A stretch of DNA of 64,000 nucleotides from Dimorphilus gyrociliatus (Eukaryota; Animalia; Annelida). The notes below the pieces were generated by a model. It did no database searches and had not been told where the DNA came from. It saw only the letters and a list, made by a program, of their open reading frames with translations. Location: positions 2,222,946 to 2,286,945 of the forward strand of contig CAJFCJ010000006.1 of NCBI GenBank assembly GCA_904063045.1. The letters run 5' to 3'. Made by a program: the position numbers and the translations under genes. Shown in pieces: positions 12,736-28,719 of the stretch. Positions within the stretch are counted from its first letter, which is position 1. Each line of letters begins with the position of its first letter.

Positions 12736-13490
12736 TTTAAAAGGTATTCTTATTATCGCTCAGAATATTAAATAATAGTCAATTGTCAGCTTTGCCTTCT
12801 GTAAAATTATCTTCACACTTCTTCAGACTTTTAATGAATATTTTTCACTTGACTTATTTTATATAGTTAAACTCTAATGGAGATAATATTATGAAAATAC
12901 GGTAAATTTGTATATTCCGGCGGTTTATTCTACAATACAATTAGGAAAATTCGAATAGTTCGAAATGTCAGAAAATTCTTTAACTCTTGACTATTAAACT
13001 GGAAAAAGCCGTCATTTAATTCTCACAAAGACAATAAATTAAACATTAAATTAACAATTAAATTTCCATTTAGTGAAAGCCAAAATTTGATTTCTGCAAA
13101 AAAATAAGAAACTTTCATACTTTAATAAAAAAATTGAAAAGTTAATTAAATTTAATTAGAATTTTAAGAATATTGAGTTTATAAAATAATATATATTTTA
13201 GTTGCTCTATAAAAGCAAATACTGATTACGATATAAGAACCTTTTTCAATCAGTTTAATGGTGTAAACATGTAAACGGTACTAAAGATTAAAAATATTTG
13301 AAACATACAAAAATCAATAAATAAATTAGATAAAAGTATAAAAGTATATTTTTTAAAATTATTATTCTTTTTTTAAAATGATATTTTAATAATGTAAAAA
13401 GTAGAGCAAAAGATATTTTATTATTTCAATAAATCTGCTCAGACGCGTCCTTGGATTCTTCCTTCATTATCACCCAGGGAACGCGCAAAT

Positions 13491-16400
13491 ATGTCATCTC
13501 GTCGGTCTAGACCGGCTCCAGCGCCAAGAAAACCATACTCTGATGATCAAAATCACATATATGAATGTAAAGCGGCTTACTTAGTGATTACTGATGACAT
13601 TGATGATAATTTACGTTCTAGAAAAGAGTTAATTCAAGGTAAGAGCAGGTTAATTGATTATTACAATGTTTTGAATTTTTGGTATGCTATCTGGCAGCTT
13701 TGCAACAGAGTGGCAGGAATTTAACTCGTAGAGCATTGGATAAATACTGGAAACATGATACAAGTATGTTGCCATGTTAACGTTATAACAATATCCATAA
13801 AAATAATTTTTAATAGTAGGTTTGATTTGTAAATAATGAGTATTTAAAAATGATATTTTTATCGTGTTATGTTGGGGAACAACTATCTGTAGATTATCAT
13901 TTTAATATTAAAAATCTTATGTTTTTGTATGGTTACTACTAATAATCTTTGTATTTCTTAATATATTACTATTAATAATCTGATGACGATATTTCATTGA
14001 TCGCAGGCTCAATTTCTTTTGAAGAGTTCTGTAAAATTTGTAAGAATGAAAAGCAAACTAAAGAAGATGATCTTATTAAAGCTTTTAAAAAGATTGATAT
14101 AAATGGCGATGGTTTTATTACAAATGATGAATTGTATCGTGTAATGACAACTGTTGGTATTATTTTTTATAGTTTAATAGTACTTTAATTGATTATTTAT
14201 GAATAGAGAGGAGAAAGAATGACTAGGGATGAAGTTCAAGAAATTATTGATGACGTTGACACTAATAGAGATGGAAAATTAAATTATGAAGAAGTTTGTA
14301 AAGTCTTTTTTATTTTCTAAAACACAAAAATTTAAGATGCAAACAAAAATTTCTTTATTATTCTTTTTTTTTAAAAAAACAAAAAAAGTATTATAAAACG
14401 TTTTCCCTTTATAGATAAAGAGAGTAAGTACAGTATTTACTTGCATGTATAGTTTATCTTTCTTAAAATGGGACAGTTATATTATTAATGGATGATGAGT
14501 CACTAGTCTTTATATTTAGTAGTTTTCTGAATTGTTTTCAGATGTTTCTTTAATATCAAATGTTATATTTTCGTTCTTTGTTTCTTTTTAAACAGTTTTC
14601 GCATATGATTTTGAAAACTCAACAAGAATCGATTGAATTTGCTAAAGCTCGATTAAACAAGAAGGAAAAACGATCAAAATCATCATTATCTTATTCTTCG
14701 AAAAGAGGTTTTTCTTTTTATTTCTTTTTTACTTACGGTTAATTAATTAATTAATTAATTTCTCAACTTTTTCAAATCTTTTTTTTTAAAAAAAAAGCGC
14801 TTGTATACCAAAATATTCTTGTTCATCTTCCTATTCTATAAATAGAACAGAATGCATTTTTTTCCCCATTTTTCAACGGATGATGTTTTTTATGCATGAA
14901 AAAAAAAACCACAAAAAAAAGCAACAAAATGCATGATATTTTGCATGAACAGACAAAGAAGATAATGACAAGGATTTATACTTATCAGCAGATGAGACAA
15001 AATCTGATGATTCTATGAGTATGTTAATTATAAACATGAATGTCGTTGCAGTGAGAAATCATAATGAATTTTTTTACTGTTTAAACGGTATAGAAAGTAA
15101 ATCTATTAATCTTTTACAGGATTAATAGATTTCTTTATTTTCTTTATGATTTTTATTTTCCCCTTTTTCAATGTAAAGTATTTATTATTTCTTGTATACT
15201 TATATAACTTTGGTATGCAGTAAAATTGCTCGTAACATTCATGATTTATCATTTAAAAGTATCAAAACAAACAATAAGAATCACAAAGTTTGCATTTTGA
15301 ACTAACATTTCCAAAGAGCAAAGATCGCTTTAATTAGCATGCTTAATCTTTTTAATACTGTTTTACACGCACACACACACAACTTTTCTTCTTCTTCTTC
15401 TTTTATTTAAACAAGAAATGAGCTTACCTATTATTATTATTACAGTTTTTCATTGCAGTTTTCTTTTAAAGCTATAGGCAATCAGTGAAAGCAAAAATTT
15501 TTGCTAGACACCATTGTTTTTTTTTTTTATAAAAGAAGAGCTAAATGAGGATATATTTTATATATAAGAAATTTTTACAGGAGTATCTAGTGACAATGAA
15601 AAGCGTCCAGCCAGAAAATTCCAGAGTAGAAACAGCGCAGCAGCCGCTAATGATAGTACGCTTAGTTTTTTTTTATCCTAATAATATATGATAAGAAAGG
15701 AGATTTGTAATTAGGTAGTGATCTTGATGTCGATGATGACGATGACGATGATGATGAAGACGATGATGGTGATGATATCGTTATCGCCGGTTCATCAAGT
15801 AAATCAACAAGACACCGATCAGACAGACGTGAAAGCTCAGGTATATTAAAGTCAATTAGCTTTAGATAATCCCTGTATAATAATGATACTAAAATCATCA
15901 ATCATTTAAAATCATACATATATCAACTCTTCAGAAAGTAGTATTTTTACTTTTATAATTGTCATCAAATTACTTTTTGTTTCAATTCTTTTTAAAAAAA
16001 CAATCAAAATTCTTTGTTTACTTCATTCAAATTTACCTTTTTCTGTTGCTGTTACTGTTTCTATGTATTTATTTAAAGAGTAAAGAAGTAAACTATCTTA
16101 AATAGTTCATATATACTAATATATAGTAAATACGTATTTTTTAATAATACCGAAACTAACTCTGCAGGTGATAGAAAGGATTATGGAGTGGTGAAATTTT
16201 CGTCGTCGTTGAAAACTCCAACTTTAAGCAAACCAAAAGGCTCTCAAGAATTGGAGAGAAGGGTACAATTCTTTTAAATATACTAATATATGTATTAGCT
16301 TCTATTTCTCTTTTTGTAGGGTTGGTACGGTTGTAATAGAAAAGGTCTTTTCTTTGCTGAAACTAATGATGTTACAACGAATCATACTTATACGTTTAAA

Positions 16401-17752
16401 ACAAGGGAAACAACAAAAGTGTTCATAGCTTTAAAGTCATCCCTTAATTGGAAAGATATTATTGATACCATGCTATTTATTTTTGACGATAGAAATCACA
16501 TAGTGGCCTGTTCTGACGAACATGACGAACTTGGCGTTAGTATTATTATAATTTATAGACAACAAAGAATATTATACATCCTACTTTTCTTAAATATAGA
16601 GAATTATTCTGTCAGCATCCCTAAAGCCAGGAGTGTATACAGTTGTTCCGCATACTTTTGGTTACAAATTTTCAAAAGCTGAGAGGAAACAAACAAGAAG
16701 ATCAAGTAGACAAGTTGATCTTGTTAAATTAGAACGAAATGCTTATAGAATTACTGATGAATTTAAGTAAGCTATCATCATTTACAGTAATTAAATTTAT
16801 TTATATAATAATTATCTTTACAATAATATTAGAACTGCGCTAAGCAAGATATTCGAAATGAATGATTTGGATAGCAATGGAAAAATGAGTAAAGATGAAT
16901 TTTTTGTGTATAATATACGCACTTCCGGTGATATATGTAGAGAGGAGGAATGGAAGGTTGTAGAGGGTAAGAATTATAGATGAAATTGAAATATTTCTTC
17001 TAAAAAGTATATTACTTTTATCAGATAATGTAACAATGGAAGAGAATGAAATAACAAGAAAAGGTTTCTTTGAATTAAATCAAATGGAAGCAGATGAATG
17101 TGAAGGAGATACCGATGATCTCTGGGTAACATTAAATTCTATGGGCTTTAATAAACAATTGGAATTAACTAAGGTAAATACTAAACAAGCATACATTCAT
17201 CCAAGAAAAAGAAAAATGACAATTTAAAAATTACCTAGGCTCATCCATTTGTTCTTCATGTGTATCAAGATAACAATAAACCAACTCTAACAATAAATCA
17301 TTTCGAAGATAAAAAGAGTGTAAATGTTGGAATGGACCCTGTGATTTTTGATAAGGCCCTGAGCAGCTACATTAGAAGCAAAGGTCAAAGGAAGTCTTTG
17401 GATGATATCACAATCTATGTCATGGAGAAGGAATTTAATGTTCTTGTTGTAGCAATTAATGAGGTGACTTACTTTACTTTTGATAAAAAAAGAGTTAACT
17501 CTAACTACGTGTTAATTAAATAGGGAAGAAAGAAAAAGTTAAACCTTGACTTTAACAAAAGTCTCAATTTGGCAGCAATAGAAGAAGACTTAAACTTTTC
17601 ATTAGAATTATCAAACGGAGAACAGAAGGTAAAGAAATATTTTAATTACTAATTATATTCATACAAACCATATTCTTAAAAAAAAACAGATTATCGACCT
17701 GTTTGTCGAAAATGAAAGGAGAAAATGGGAATTTCATCTATCGGCGGAATAG
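13491..17752 (+). CDS. EFCAB7: EF-hand calcium-binding domain protein 7 (many exons)
   Basis: YECKAAYL, LQQSGRN, EF-hands KAFKKIDINGDGFITNDEL, DVDTNRDGKLNYEE and FEMNDLDSNGKMSKDEF, and LWVTLNSMGFNKQLEL. The domain order matches EFCAB7. Confidence 0.88.
13768..13781. promoter_or_regulatory. RFX X-box-like site at the start of EFCAB7 intron 2
   Basis: GTTGCCATGTTAAC has one mismatch to GTTRCCATGGYAAC and lies about 280 bp downstream of the ATG of a ciliary gene. Confidence 0.5.
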
Positions 17753-18019
17753 AATTGCAGAGAATTTATAACTTCTTTCCTTCCAATATAATATTATTCA
17801 TTATTCTATATTAATTAATTTCATAATCAATAACTTAGATTTTTAAAATGAAGTCATAATTTAATTTAGCTTCGATTAGTCTTTTTATTTTTATGCAGTT
17901 AATTTCTGTGTCTTATATATGTATAAGTATTTGGTTGAATGAAGAATAATAAGTAAGTAATACAGATCAGTCACCGTATTCCTAAAACCTTATTTATTAA
18001 AAATCATATTTAAATCCAT

Positions 18020-20725
18020 TCATTTAGTAATCTTGCTTATCCTGGTCGATCTCCTAACCGATTTTTCACTGTTTGAAATACAAATGTCAACTAAAAGAAA
18101 AACTCTTCATTTTTTATTTATTATTTTACCTTGAAGGTGAAAATGACATTAAATCTCCTGCAATAGCAGATTTCGTTTTGTCATTCATCATTGGAGTAAA
18201 CATATAGGATTCCTGAAAGTACAAAATGCAATAAAAAAGAATGTCGCTTTTAAAATGGTATCTTACATTCGCGTCAGTTGTTTTGTTGGATATAGCAAGT
18301 TTAGAAAAATGCGTTGATGGAGAAGGCATAGAATCTAAATTTTTAAATGATATATATTAATATATAAAAATATACATATTTATTTAAATACCGAAATTTA
18401 TAAGTGCGTTGGATGATGGTCTAAGGAATTCCTCTCCAATTGCTATTTTCTGGTTTTCTTGCTTTTCCTTTAGTTTCTTTTTTTTAAATTCAGCGAATTT
18501 AGAAGTGATTTTGGTGATGTCGACGGTTTTCTTTGAAACTTTTTCATTTTCTGATGCTTTCTTTTGGACAATTTTACGTCTTCGTGTCTCTTTGCTCTTC
18601 CAACCGTTTTCTCTCTTCTCTTCTAAACTTTTGAATTTTTTATCAACATCTTCAACTTGAAAGTAAACCATTTCCCAGAATCCTTCTAAATCCTGACAAG
18701 TAGTTTCTTTTTCACCGGTTTTAAATTCGCATGCATCAATTAAACCATTAAATTGCTTGAATCGTTGATTCATCAACAATTCCGCTTGACCAACAGTTGT
18801 TCGTATATCACCGGCAACTTCTTCATTTACGGTATTCTCGTTCAAGTACTTTTTCCACATAGCGCAAAACTCTGTTAATCTTTCGGTTTCTTCGACTAAG
18901 GTTTTTCGGAAATATTTTACATCTTTCTCGTTTTTATTTTCTTTATCATCGGTAAAATCCTGTGATTTTTCATCTAAACTAAATCTAGGCGGGGATTCCT
19001 CTTCCTCTTCATCATCATCTTCTTCGTCTTTAGTATTGTTGGAAATCAAAATGGTTGGCAATGACTCTACAATTAGAATATGTCGAAATTTTTAACACTT
19101 TTTGAAAAGAATTTTAACTCACTATTGCAGGATTTAGCCGCTCCTCTTCTAACAATTTCAATCATTGGGCTTTCAGATAAGATTTTAACTCTATAATTTT
19201 ATCAACAATCAACATTTTGTAAACAGTTCAATCTGTTTTCAACTTACGCTTCTTCGGCATTTCTAATGTTTTTTAGTCTGCGACTATCCGTCAAACTATA
19301 GCTTCTCTTCTTCTTGGCTGGTTTTATTTTACTACCTGTTGACCTCGTCTTGCGTTCCATACGAATATTTGGAGTTTTAACTATAATTGAGATATTCTGT
19401 ATTTAATATATCATCAATATCCATATATGCACTCAACTGTTATCAAAATTCTCTTCATTCGATTGATTTTTAGGAGTCCCTTCAGATAATTTACTCTTTC
19501 TGCTAGATTTTGGTGTCTTAAGTTTTTTTTCTAAAATGATTATTAAATATTACCACTTACAAAATTTTCTATTTTGTATCATTTTAATACTGACCTTTTT
19601 CAATTTCTGAATTTTTTTTGTCGTTTTTAAAGGATGAAATTCGACTTCTATTGTTTACAGATCGTGGTGTTCTTGCTGTTTAATTTCGTTCATTATAATA
19701 ATTTAAAAATAAAGTATGACGAAGATAGAAGGATATTTAAAGATTAAATTAATCTATGGGCATTATTTGTTATTAAAAAATTCGATAACAATTTTAGATA
19801 ATAAAATGAAAATAGTTAATTACCGCTTTCTTTCTTTTTCTTTTTAGATAACGCTTTTGGTACTTGTACTTGATCGGTTTCCATTGATTCCATAGATATG
19901 TTGTTTTCATCTGTAAAACTTTTGCATTCAAAAGAATGCTGTCCGGAATGTTGTTCTCCCCTCTGAATAATAAACTTTCTAACCGGTGTTTTCTTTTTGG
20001 GTTCTACTATTTTCTTTGTCAACTTAGCAGTTTTAGAGGGGATTTCACTTATCATCAGTTCCCTTTGTCTAAGGCTATTAGCAGTTGATCTTGTAAGCCT
20101 CTTAACGGGTTCTTCTCTAGCCTTCACTGGTAGTCTTTGTGTTTTAGCAGTTCCTTGCACTTTCATCGAAGTAGACCTTGCAACTTTTTTATTGGGCTTT
20201 TGATTAACCGGAGCGGCAATTTTTGTTTGGCGTGTCACAGGTCCCGACGGTTCTTTGATTTTCTAAGAAGGTCAACACTTACACCTTGCATTAACCTTTC
20301 TATGTTATTTAATATACCTTGACTTTCAATTCTGGAAGCTGAGCCTTGGTAACTTTGAAGATACTTTTCTTTTCCTTTTGCTTTTTTTCCTCAGCCTTTG
20401 CTTTTTCTCTCTTTTCTCTCCATTCTTTTAACTTTTCCAATCTGGACTGCTGTCTTGTATTGGAAGCCGGTTTGGCTAAGGTTCAACATTAAAAAAGCAG
20501 ATTAACTATATATGATCGATAAATATCAAAATTTATTGTATACTTACCAACGGTTTTTTCATCTTCTTCGCATTCGTCCAACAAACCAGTAATGTTTCTA
20601 TACCGATTGAACTTTTCAGTCCGCTTTTCTTTTCGTCCCTCAGACTTTTGAGTCGTAGCGCGTGTTTCCAATTTTCTTTCGTTACGAGATTTGTACATGC
20701 GTAATCTATATGATCCGTTCTCCAT
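18020..20725 (-). CDS. DLGAP5: Disks large-associated protein 5 / HURP / Mars-like (GKAP domain, multi-exon)
   Basis: C-terminal GKAP domain (DIRTTVGQAELLMNQRFKQFNGLI...TTCQDLEGFWEMVYFQVEDVDKKF); basic N-terminus; S/T-P-rich linker; KEN box (DKENK). Confidence 0.85.
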
Positions 20726-21058
20726 TTTGAAATTAAAATAATTATAAAAGATTCACCAACTATATTAAATCTCAAAAAGAAACGTAAAAACTAAAATTCA
20801 AACGGCAACTTCCGGCCGTTTCTTACTGCGCATGCATGACTGCGTCCATAAAAAGGTAAAACAGGAAACAACATTTTTGATACAGCGCCACATAACGGAT
20901 AGCAGTAAATTTCTTGCGAACTTTGTTGAAATCCGCTAGGAACGCCACAGTATTGTAGATTATATTCATAAGCCAAAGAATGATAAGTCTTTTTAGCAAA
21001 CAGTCTTAATTTGTTAACCCGTAATTTTTAGAATATTTTTCCATACACCACGTAAATA

Positions 21059-21748
21059 ATGCTAACCCGTTCAAAATTAGAAATAAATTTCCTTCGCTTA
21101 TTAAAAAAATGTGAAGAATTAGCTGAAGGAGATGATAAAGATTGGAGGTTTGAAAGCTATGTTACATCATTGCAAGACATGTTGTCAGAAATTAAAAAAT
21201 CTCCAAATAAGCCAATGGGTGATAAAATAAGGGAATATGGAAAATCGGTCGAATTCCTGCAGAATTTATTAGCAAGTCAACAATTAAGTACAGAAGAAAA
21301 ATGTGTTGCAGCAGAATTATTTGCTCCGGAATCGAAAAGCGCGTCTACTCTACGTCTTACCAAGAAAAGTCAATTTGAAAAGGATGCTCGAAAAGAGTTG
21401 ATGGGAGAAAGCCGAATTAGAAAACGCAATGTTGACGCAAAAATGCTTTTAAAAGAGCAAGAAGCCGAACAAGATAGTATTGTTGAAAAGATGAAAGGCC
21501 TAACTAGCGCTATGAAGCATCAAGCTAAAGCTGCTGGGGATATTATAGTAGCTGATAGAAAAAAAGTTGAAGACAGTTTAAATGTTGCTGATACCAATTA
21601 TGATAATTTAAAAGTTGAAAGTGACAGATTAGAAGAATACGTTGTTAGATCAGGTTGCAGTTGTGCTATGTGGTTAATGCTTATTTTTGTTGTGGCAACA
21701 TTTATAGGAACTGTCTTATTTATGAGATTATTTCCTAAGAAGAGGTAA
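21059..21748 (+). CDS. USE1: Vesicle transport SNARE USE1 (single exon)
   Basis: SKLEINFLRLLKKCE...WRFESYV N-terminus, SNARE coiled coil and C-terminal TM helix WLMLIFVVATFIGTVLFMRLFPK. Confidence 0.93.
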   Translation: MLTRSKLEINFLRLLKKCEELAEGDDKDWRFESYVTSLQDMLSEIKKSPNKPMGDKIREYGKSVEFLQNLLASQQLSTEEKCVAAELFAPESKSASTLRLTKKSQFEKDARKELMGESRIRKRNVDAKMLLKEQEAEQDSIVEKMKGLTSAMKHQAKAAGDIIVADRKKVEDSLNVADTNYDNLKVESDRLEEYVVRSGCSCAMWLMLIFVVATFIGTVLFMRLFPKKR

Positions 21749-22303
21749 CACAAGATATGATAAATATACTTTGAAAATATTATTTATTTTAAAAGATTCT
21801 ACCAATGATAATTTGAAAAAGTAAAGAAAATAAAAAATCTCTTAACTTTATTAATTTCTTTTATCATTTGTCTTTTTTTCAACTTTTTCCTCTCCTAAAT
21901 AGGCAATTAATTCACTGAAGTAGAAGAGAGATGAAGGTAGAAGCTGAAAATAGAAAACTCATTAAAAGCAAGTGCTTCACATTATTTGAGAAGCTGCTAC
22001 TTTTAAAAAGTTCTATAACCTGCACTATAACTATTTTGTAGGAATTATGAATGAAAATAGTAAATAAGATAAGAAGTAGGGTTAAGTACTCTGTTTTCTA
22101 TTAAACAAGAGACTTAACTCACATTTATCGAACCGAGTACATTTGTAGACGGATCTTATAAAATTTAGATTGTAGATGTATATACTGTATATATGTACAT
22201 ATAAATTATACTTATTACGTATGTTATTATATATAGATTACAGCCTATAAAAACTACACGTTGATAATCTAGATGTGAGATCCATGCCTAGTGTTTATAA
22301 CTG

Positions 22304-22314
22304 TGGCGCGAAAA
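22304..22314. promoter_or_regulatory. E2F-like site upstream of IMPDH
   Basis: TGGCGCGAAAA (TTTTCGCGCCA on the minus strand), about 360 bp upstream of the ATG. Short-motif match only. Confidence 0.35.
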
Positions 22315-22672
22315 GAATATATATATATATAAAGGTAAATTTTAAAATAAAAATATTTAAAATAATAGTTTAAGTATGCATAGTAATTGTTGAACTAACG
22401 CCATTTTTCAATTATTTCTACAGTATAATTCAATGCCGTTTCAGAATGAATTTTAAATTGTTCTTAAAAAATTATTATGTCAGCTTTCTAAAATGGTTGA
22501 AAATATTCTTTATAAAGTGCCGCCATTTTGATAACCATGCTCATGTTAGTATTCACAAAGTGTGCACAGAATACAACTTTATACCGCACCGTGCTTTCCT
22601 ACAGGCATGTTCTACTATTTCTTTAAATGTCTTTTAACAAACTTTATTTAAAACAGAATTTATTGACAAATA

Positions 22673-25153
<2,481 letters not shown>

Positions 25154-25953
25154 GTTACTTTCTTATGATTTTCGCTTATGTTCTATATTTGAATAAAGAG
25201 ATTCGTTTGTCTTTTACAAATTCGTTCCTAATCTTTCTTGTTTGACTTATATGCCCTTATAAAAGTTTTTATCATGAAAATATTAAATTACTGTATCGAT
25301 TTAAATAAAGTGTCTGTTATATTGTAAAACGCACAATGATGTAATACAGGAATATGGCATTAACAGAAACAACATTGTTCAAATAAGGTTGAATTACCTT
25401 TCAGATTTTTTTAAAAAATAAGTTTACTTTTTTGCTCGTCTACCATTTTTTTTTCACAAGTTAAGAATAATAGGAAAAGAAAGCTATACTGTGTCAGAAA
25501 ATTTGTCGTTTATCAATCAAATTCTTCTCTATTTAAAAGATAGTTCGATTGTTTTATTAGAGATCTTTATAGTATCAGAAAAATATGTAGCACAATTTAT
25601 GTAAACTATTAAAAAAAACATGACACATTTGTAAACAAATAAACAAATATCTCTTTACTAACTTTAGATATAGTCTTTTCATTTGTATGCAAAAAAAGAA
25701 CAGATTTGCAGTTTTGTCTCTAAAACTAAAAACACTAGAAGAAAATTTCACTTTTCATCAAAAATATATATATGTATATATATTATTTCATTTGATTACA
25801 AACAAAGATTAATAACAATACACTTACAAACATTGATATAGGAGGGAAGAAAGAATATTATGAAACTAAAAAGAGCTATACTATCTGATAAGTTGAAGAA
25901 TTTAATTTAGTACAAATGCATAAAACTATTAATATATATATTAATTATTAGAA

Positions 25954-25955
<2 letters not shown>

Positions 25956-25990
<35 letters not shown>
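25956..25990. repeat. (TA)n microsatellite
   Basis: Uninterrupted TA run of about 35 bp; a second, interrupted TA-rich run lies at about 26290-26340. Confidence 0.95.
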
Positions 25991-25993
<3 letters not shown>

Positions 25994-26306
25994 CAGAAGG
26001 CGTAAACAAAAATTTACGTGTAAAAAGAAATTATGCGGAATGTTTAGTTTCCTTTTCGCTCTCTCCAACTAAATTTTGCTTATGTAGAATTCAATAAACT
26101 TTTGATTATCGAACAGCTAGAATATTTCAAGGAAAGGCGAAAGATTGATTAGCCAAACAAGCAGGTGAAGCATCAGTAAGAAGGAATTTATAGTCATTCA
26201 AGTCGCTAATAAAAGCGATCTATATCCATTGAAATATATTCATATATGTGTGACAAAGTATGGCAGTCATAATGATGACATATATACAGTATATATATAT
26301 ATATAG

Positions 26307-26338
<32 letters not shown>

Positions 26339-26552
26339 ATGAATATACTTATCTAATATTATTTACCTTATAGGTAATTGAAAAAGAAGAGACATTGAAA
26401 CTATCAGACCTACAGGAAAGAAATCCAAAAACCAATTTTCGAAGAAAAGAATTACTAACTAAATTTAAATTGAGATCCATTTTGAAGCACTTCCGGATTA
26501 TCCTTCCTAGTCCTTGAAGGAGAAATGGTAAAAATATTTAAAGAAATTTTAA

Positions 26553-28242
26553 TTAATTAACACTAGCCCTTGAAGACAAATCCAAAGGTACTATTTGGTC
26601 GGGTTGATGATCGCAGAAGGAAATTGGTCTATAAAAGACTTTCACGCAGAAGGATCCATCAACAATAAAGGGTGATTTCTCATCCTTCAGGCACTCAACG
26701 TCGATAACGTTATCAATATCTAGAGGCTCGAATTTTTGAAAGACATGATGATGGTTGACACCATGGCTAGCAAACAAAGAGCCATTTTGAGATGCATAAA
26801 ATAGGACAGTAACTTCAGCCTCCTCTGGGGCTACTCCACCCCTGTGAGCTATAATCATTTTAGTTCTGTCAGATGATTTGGCCAAATTAACTTGACCATT
26901 CCATAATGATGTCAAATAGTAGCCAAGTGGATAGAAGGTTACTTTAAGCTTACATTGACGTTCATGAGTTCCACCAACTGTTAATGGAACATTTAGAGCT
27001 CTTTCTACCTTAGAGCTTACTCTGGGGCAGCTTCTATAGCTCTTTCGAATAACATCAGTGGAAATTGAATATCTCTCATCAGTATAATTTCGGTAAAGCA
27101 CAGAACACTCTCGCTGTTGTTTACAACCTCTAGCAGACAAAGCGTGATATCTATACGCCTGTAATAAGTGTTCCGCAAAAATTGCATGATATTTCGTACA
27201 GAATTCGCTCATTTCAAAGCGTTCTAAATATTCGGGAAAAATCATACAGAATCGTATATGAGGTAGAACGAGTGACAAATTCTTTTCAAGTTCATTTACT
27301 CTATGTTCTGCCTGTTATCATAAGTAAATTTTAAGATAAGATTTCTGTCTCTCTCAATACATATATACAGTATATACATCTATTTACCTCTAGCCAACGT
27401 ACAACTCCACTTAAGAGTTTAAACTCGTTTGACACAACCAAATCTGACCTCACTAAAAAGGAAATCAAATGATCAATTTGTAACCAAATCCAATCTTCTG
27501 TTTCCAAAACTGAATCGATATTACACAACATGAAAGTGAAACATTTCTGTTGAAGTTGATCGCAACCACAAGCAACGGCGTATTGATACCAGGTAACTGC
27601 TCTATTACTGCTTGCTTGAGATACTAAGTGTCGGGCCATGTAGTCGGTACAGCAAGTTTTCAAATCTTGCAAGTTATACTTATCGGCCAAAACCAAAAGA
27701 CCAAGAACTGTGTGCACTTGCAGTTTTATTTGACCTGAGTAGATGTAACTGTAATAGTTATCTTTTATTAGTATAAAAGCATATCATCTACTAATTATCC
27801 TATTATTTAAACAATTTAATACCTAAGAAATTCGTTAAAAACTGATAAACATTCCTCAGGCTCCTGTAGCACAAGTTGATCTTGACTAGAATCGCTCCAA
27901 TTGGCACTTGTAAGCATTTGTCTAAAGTTCATATTTTTAAAGAGAATTCTATTGGAAACAAACAACGTTTACTTACTCAAAAACATCACTTGCGTTTGCC
28001 AACAACAATTTGTGAGCATAAAACTTTTGGCCATCGACAATTAATGTTATATCACTGAATTTAGGATTGTTGCAAAGTTGAGAGAGTCGTTTTGTACATC
28101 TTCCCCCATTATCAATTTCTTCGGATGTATCAGTTGAGGATTCTTCTATTTGTCTGTTTTTTTGTACAAAAAACGGTACTATATAACTATTCGGTGTGAT
28201 TGATGGTGTGAACGTCGATTGCACAGGTTCAACTTGAGACAT
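26553..28242 (-). CDS. BTBD17-like: BTB/POZ-BACK domain protein (BTBD17-like); start approximate
   Basis: BTB segment FSDITLIVDGQKFYAHKLLLANASDVF, VLGLLVLADKYNLQDLK, BACK-type WLQIDHLISFLVRSDLVVSNEFKL and AYRYHA...RNYT. No Kelch repeats seen. Confidence 0.75.
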
Positions 28243-28719
28243 TTTATCTGCTTCAACAGATCTGTAAGATCGCTCACAAAAATCCAAGAATTATTTTAGA
28301 ATTTATGCGCCTTTATACCAAATATATAAATATCTATTAGTAAATAACTCTTTAAAATAAACATCTTATTAAAAAATCAAGTAATGAGTTCATAAGTCTT
28401 ATCATTCCCCATTTATTCCACGCAAAACACAGCTGGATGGTCATGTGACCAAATAAACATCTAAACTGAAGTATGATCAATTCCATTGCATAGTCCACAA
28501 TAAATAAGTAAGAAAAACTTAAAGTATAATCTATAACTTTACTAAGATGTTTTAATTAATAATAAAACGCAGGCTAATTCCAAACAATTTAGACGTCATT
28601 TAGCTTAAAATAAAAAAATGATTTGAATGTTTTATGTATATATAGTTAAGTATATGGCATTTCCTCTCCACTCTTAGAAATATCGCTCAGTCCGGTCGAC
28701 AAAAAAAAATTATTGAATC

